From: an uncultured Acidobacteriota bacterium
Lineage (GTDB): Bacteria; Acidobacteriota; UBA6911
Assembly: GCA_963827655.1 (NCBI GenBank)
Contig: CAWHCF010000020.1
Span: 192,001-256,000, forward strand
Direction: 5' to 3'
Length of the DNA stretch: 64,000 bases
Shown: piece by piece, positions 60,274-64,000 of the stretch
Layout: each line of letters starts with the position of its first letter
Numbering within the stretch: position 1 is the first letter of the stretch
Notes under the pieces: model-generated
What the model was told of the DNA's origin: nothing
What the model saw: only the letters and a program-made list of their open reading frames with translations
The model's database searches: none
Position numbers and translations under genes: made by a program

Positions 60274-63200
60274 TTAGTGGGTTCGGTTCTTGCCGGCGGA
60301 CAGCAGGAAGGCAAGCAGATGATTGAATTCATCAGGAGGGATTTGCTCGGCAAAGTCGGAAGGCATGGGGGAGAGTTGCGACTCTCGCCGCGCTTCGATC
60401 TGCTGCTTGGCGAGCTGAACCTCCTGGCCCAGCTCATCCACTACAACGAGAACCGGTCCCTGTTCTTTGACTACCACCCCGGTTACGGTTCCGCCGTCTT
60501 TCAGTTTGATCATCTGGCTTCGGAATGCGCTCTCGACATTCCGGTTGGGGTCGAGCACATCTTCAATCAGCCGCTCCAGACCGCGGCTGCCGGCGCCGTC
60601 CAGCTGCGGGCCGACTGTTTTTCCTTTTCCGCCGACCTGGTGGCATTTGATGCAGTACTTCTCGAATACGTCGGCGCCGCGCGCGACCACGGTTTGGTTG
60701 GCATGGAAGGCGGAGCGTCGCTGATCGATCAGCCCTTCCAGTGAAGCCTCCTCCTGTGCCAGGTCTCGAGTAAGCCGGTCAGCTCGAGCCCGTATATCAG
60801 GGGGAAGTGATTTTAGTCGAATCTGGATTCCGCTGCGCAAGAGAACCTGGCGCGAAGCCTTGCCGCTCTCGATCGCGTCGAGCATGGCTCTGGCCGTGTC
60901 CTCCCTCTGAACCAGGTTCGCCGCCAGACGTGTTTGAAGGCGTGCCGGCGCTGCGCTGAGCGCGCGCACCAATTGGGCCGTGACCGCGGGAGAGTCAATG
61001 CGCCGGAACGCGGCGATTATTCGGCCCTGCAACTCCACCCTTTCGGAAGAGTCCTGGAGCATTTCTCCTACAACCGGCACGTTTTTCTCCGGATTGATGG
61101 CCAGCAGGGCCTCGGCGGCGGCGGCTCTGGTGTCGGGTCTCAGGTCCCGCGCTTTGAGAGCGCCGGCCAGCCGCGGTTCCATCGCTTCCCACCGAAGCGA
61201 TCCTGCGATTTCAAATGCACTGCGCCAGTTCTGCTCTTCTTTTGTGGCGAGGAGGCTTTGAGTTAACTGAAGGCCCCAGGAACGCGCGGTGCCGGGCAGA
61301 GACAGACCGCGTTCGGCGGTGCCTTGTTGAAAGACCTTATACAACCTGGCTTGCTCTTGTGCCTGGGGGTGGAGCAAGCGCGCCGCTCGGATGAGTCGAT
61401 CGAGCATCTTCTCCGGAGCAAATCGGGCCGCATGGGCCACATAACGCTCCACTGAAACGCTGCCGGTTGAAGGGGTCTCGAGGTATTCGAGCAGGAATTG
61501 GCCGGCCCGCTCCGACTCGACACCGAGGGCCGCGTCTGCCAGGAAATCGGTATCACTCTTGTCCCACGTTTTGCGCGCCACAGCGTCCATGATCTCCGGA
61601 ACCCGGAGTTGATCGCGAACCGCCATGCGCGCTGTGTAGAGCAGGTGGGTGTCTTTCGAGGGAATGCGCCGACGCAGCTCGAACAGGGGTTGCAGCTGGT
61701 TTTCCTGCGGATGAAGTCGTAGAGCCTCCGTGGCCGCGCGTTGAACAAACGCATCGGGGTCGCGAATTCCCTCCAGCGCAAGCGATCGCTCGCTTGGGCC
61801 GAACTCAGGTTGTTCGGTGAGAGCGCGCATGGCATGGATCCTGACCGAGGCGTCGGTGTCGCGCGCGGCCGCCTCCAGCAGTTTGAAATCGAGCGCTTTC
61901 AGCCGGTACAGGATCCACAGCGCATGACATTTTTGCACTGGCTTCGCGCTCGCGGACTGCAGCAGATTCCTGACTGGGTCAATGGCGCGGAGGCCCACGC
62001 GATCGACGATTTCGTTGGCCGCGAGCATCCGGACTGCAAGGTTCGCGTGCCCGAGACCGACCAAAAGATCCTCCAGCGCCGCGTCGGCCCAGCTCGTCCT
62101 GGGAGCTCTTGCAGGAGCCGTGTCACGTCCCTGGTAAGAAATGCGCCAGATCCGGCCGCGGATCCGGTCGCGGCCTGGATGATCGAGAGGGACCTCGATG
62201 TGACCGATAATCCGGTTGTAGAAGTCGGCAACGTACAATGCACCATCGGGTCCAAGTTCCATGTCGACGGGACGAAACCATGGATCATCGCTGACCAGAA
62301 AGTCGGGTTTCTCGACGGCAAACTGGGTTGATCCTCTGTCCTCGAGGGCGTCCCGGTTGATGCGGCTGGTCACGACGTTGCCGGTGAATATGTTCCCTCG
62401 ATACTCCGCCGGGAACTGGTCGGCGCTGTAATTGACGATTCCCGCGATTGCGGTCGAGCCATGATTGTGATCCATCATTTCGGGGCCGAAGCCGAGGCCC
62501 GTGGGAAGCTTGGCGAAATGCGGATAGTCTCCGCCCCGGAGCAACTGATAAACCGGCTGGGTGTGACAGTCGGTTGAATAAATGTTACCGAGCGGATCGA
62601 AGGCAAGACCGAAGGGGTTGACCTGCCCGTACGTGAAATGTTCGATTCGGGAGCCGTCGAGCCTGAAGCGAAAGGTGTTGCCGGACTCCAGCGTCACCGT
62701 ACTGCCGTCCGGCGCCGAAATCCGGGATTTGTTGGAAAAGCCGTGGCAGGCGTACAACCACCCGTCGAAGCCGCGAGTGAAGGCGCTCACCATTCCATGG
62801 GTGTCGTCATGAGTAAATCTGCTGAACAGGACTACCCTCTGGTCGGCCCGGTCATCGCCGTTCAGATCGAAAAACCGATAGATGTAAGGGATGCTGTAAA
62901 CAACAGCTCCTCCAGGAACCGGGGTGACTCCCATCGGTATGTTGAGTCCTTCGGCAAAAGGGATAAACCGATCGGCGCGCCCGTCGTGGTTGGTGTCTTC
63001 GAGGATCAGGACCCTATCCTTCCCTTTTCCATCGGGAGCGGCGTGGGGGTACTCTTGCGACATCGTCATCCACAGGCGCCCGCGGGAATCGAAAGCCAGG
63101 TTCATCGGCTTGCCGATCTCGGGCTCGGAAGCGAACAACTCGATCTGGAATCCGGGCGGCAGGTGGAAGCCGCTTTGCTCCTCTGCGGGAGAACGCGGTG

Positions 63201-63384
63201 GCGTAGGACGCACGTGGGCCTTGAACGGGTCCTCAGCGACATCGGCTTTCTTCGACGCCGGGTCGGTAGCTTTGCCGGCTTCCAGCCGGGATCTATTGCG
63301 GGGGGCCAGAGCCAGCCAGCCCCAAACGAGAGCGATACCCAGAACCAGCGCAGCTATAGCCAGGAGAAGCTTTTTATTTCGCAT
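60274..63384 (-). CDS. PVC-type heme-binding membrane dehydrogenase (sorbosone dehydrogenase-like propeller, HEAT repeats, cytochrome c)
   Basis: LPPGF.IELFASEP, D.RGRLW, GQVNPFGL, WFRPVD...GPDGALYVADFY, GRIWRI, CIKCH, GP.L, S.MP. Confidence 0.9.
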   Translation of the reverse strand: MRNKKLLLAIAALVLGIALVWGWLALAPRNRSRLEAGKATDPASKKADVAEDPFKAHVRPTPPRSPAEEQSGFHLPPGFQIELFASEPEIGKPMNLAFDSRGRLWMTMSQEYPHAAPDGKGKDRVLILEDTNHDGRADRFIPFAEGLNIPMGVTPVPGGAVVYSIPYIYRFFDLNGDDRADQRVVLFSRFTHDDTHGMVSAFTRGFDGWLYACHGFSNKSRISAPDGSTVTLESGNTFRFRLDGSRIEHFTYGQVNPFGLAFDPLGNIYSTDCHTQPVYQLLRGGDYPHFAKLPTGLGFGPEMMDHNHGSTAIAGIVNYSADQFPAEYRGNIFTGNVVTSRINRDALEDRGSTQFAVEKPDFLVSDDPWFRPVDMELGPDGALYVADFYNRIIGHIEVPLDHPGRDRIRGRIWRISYQGRDTAPARAPRTSWADAALEDLLVGLGHANLAVRMLAANEIVDRVGLRAIDPVRNLLQSASAKPVQKCHALWILYRLKALDFKLLEAAARDTDASVRIHAMRALTEQPEFGPSERSLALEGIRDPDAFVQRAATEALRLHPQENQLQPLFELRRRIPSKDTHLLYTARMAVRDQLRVPEIMDAVARKTWDKSDTDFLADAALGVESERAGQFLLEYLETPSTGSVSVERYVAHAARFAPEKMLDRLIRAARLLHPQAQEQARLYKVFQQGTAERGLSLPGTARSWGLQLTQSLLATKEEQNWRSAFEIAGSLRWEAMEPRLAGALKARDLRPDTRAAAAEALLAINPEKNVPVVGEMLQDSSERVELQGRIIAAFRRIDSPAVTAQLVRALSAAPARLQTRLAANLVQREDTARAMLDAIESGKASRQVLLRSGIQIRLKSLPPDIRARADRLTRDLAQEEASLEGLIDQRRSAFHANQTVVARGADVFEKYCIKCHQVGGKGKTVGPQLDGAGSRGLERLIEDVLDPNRNVESAFRSQMIKLKDGGTVTGVVVKEQGPVLVVVDELGQEVQLAKQQIEARRESQLSPMPSDFAEQIPPDEFNHLLAFLLSAGKNRTH

Positions 63385-63452
63385 GGAACATGTTCTATGA
63401 GGCGGCGATCATAGCACTTCCGATTGACCCAGATCAATCGAGCACCGCATCA

Positions 63453-63538
63453 TCAGCTATCAGCTTTCAGCTATCAGCAGCTGATTTCAGTACGGCTTGC
63501 TGACAGCTGACTGCTGAAGCTACGCTGACGCTGATGCT
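63453..63538. repeat. 7-nt-periodic inverted repeat (TCAGCTA)n...(GCTGACW)n
   Basis: tcagcta tcagctt tcagcta tcagcag ... gctgaca gctgact gctgaag ... gctgacgctgat. Confidence 0.8.
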
Positions 63539-64000
63539 TACGGGCGAGGGTCAGCCTTTTTTCCGTGGGCATCAAACCAGTCGAAGAGGATCTTGTAGGT
63601 CGCGAGATCACGGTAGCCTCCGTGTCCTCCCGGGACCTCGACCAGCCGGACTTTGCCGCCCGCCGCCTCGAGCCGGGTTTTCTGTTCACGGATCTTGTCG
63701 ATCGCGAAGTTCCTGTCTTTTTGAGCGTTGACCATCAGAACCGGGGTTTTGGCAAGACCATCGACGATGTCCTTGTCCAGGAAAGCGCAGACGCCGGCGA
63801 CGGCGGCGAATACTCCAGGATTCCTGGCCGCGGTGACATAGGTGGCGAGTCCGCCGCTCGAGGCGCCCATGAGATAGACTCGGCTCTCATCGACTTGACG
63901 CTGCCGGATGATTTCGCGCACGACGGCCATGATCACGCCGGGTGTTTCCTTCTTGCAGGCGAATCCGAATTCTGACCCCGCTGCCGTCTCGTGCCAGTTG
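63538..64000 (-). CDS. Esterase/peptidase of alpha/beta hydrolase fold (5' partial)
   Basis: VDESRVYLMGASSGG, KD and GGH catalytic motifs; frame open to the window edge. Confidence 0.8.
   Translation of the reverse strand, partial: NWHETAAGSEFGFACKKETPGVIMAVVREIIRQRQVDESRVYLMGASSGGLATYVTAARNPGVFAAVAGVCAFLDKDIVDGLAKTPVLMVNAQKDRNFAIDKIREQKTRLEAAGGKVRLVEVPGGHGGYRDLATYKILFDWFDAHGKKADPRP

Noticed and set aside
1-64000. tRNA, rRNA, prophage, integrase or transposase
   Set aside because: No cloverleaf or rRNA signature and no phage or recombinase ORF recognised by eye; tRNAscan-SE/Infernal could not be run.

Overview
High-GC, mostly chromosomal region. Its gene content (Oar-like TonB receptor next to CRTAC1/TPR genes, BlaI plus an M56-TonB fusion, PQQ-type propellers, a PVC-type heme protein, tricorn protease) suggests an Acidobacteriota genome; this taxon call is an inference. 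It holds ccmBCD, addB/addA-type helicase-nuclease genes, many exported hydrolases, two vapBC-type TA pairs, mscS, pirin and a DegP-like protease. At least nine genes are split by indels, most likely read or assembly errors. I found no rRNA, tRNA, CRISPR array, integrase or transposase. The most interesting signals are: (1) a dispersed family of 8-nt-periodic inverted repeat arms (unit CTTNGHGT ending in GTGGT) at about 14 gene boundaries, which in two places bracket a single accessory gene (a Uma2 nuclease; a gene with an eCIS/DUF4157-type leader) like a cassette; (2) an orphan hcp directly upstream of a Rickettsia PKMT-like protein lysine methyltransferase; (3) a minimal Ser/Thr kinase fused to a BRCT domain; (4) a MITE of about 200 bp containing a REP-like doublet; (5) a partial copy of the vapC 3' end placed upstream of its own TA operon; (6) a sigma54-type promoter in front of an unannotated small membrane protein.
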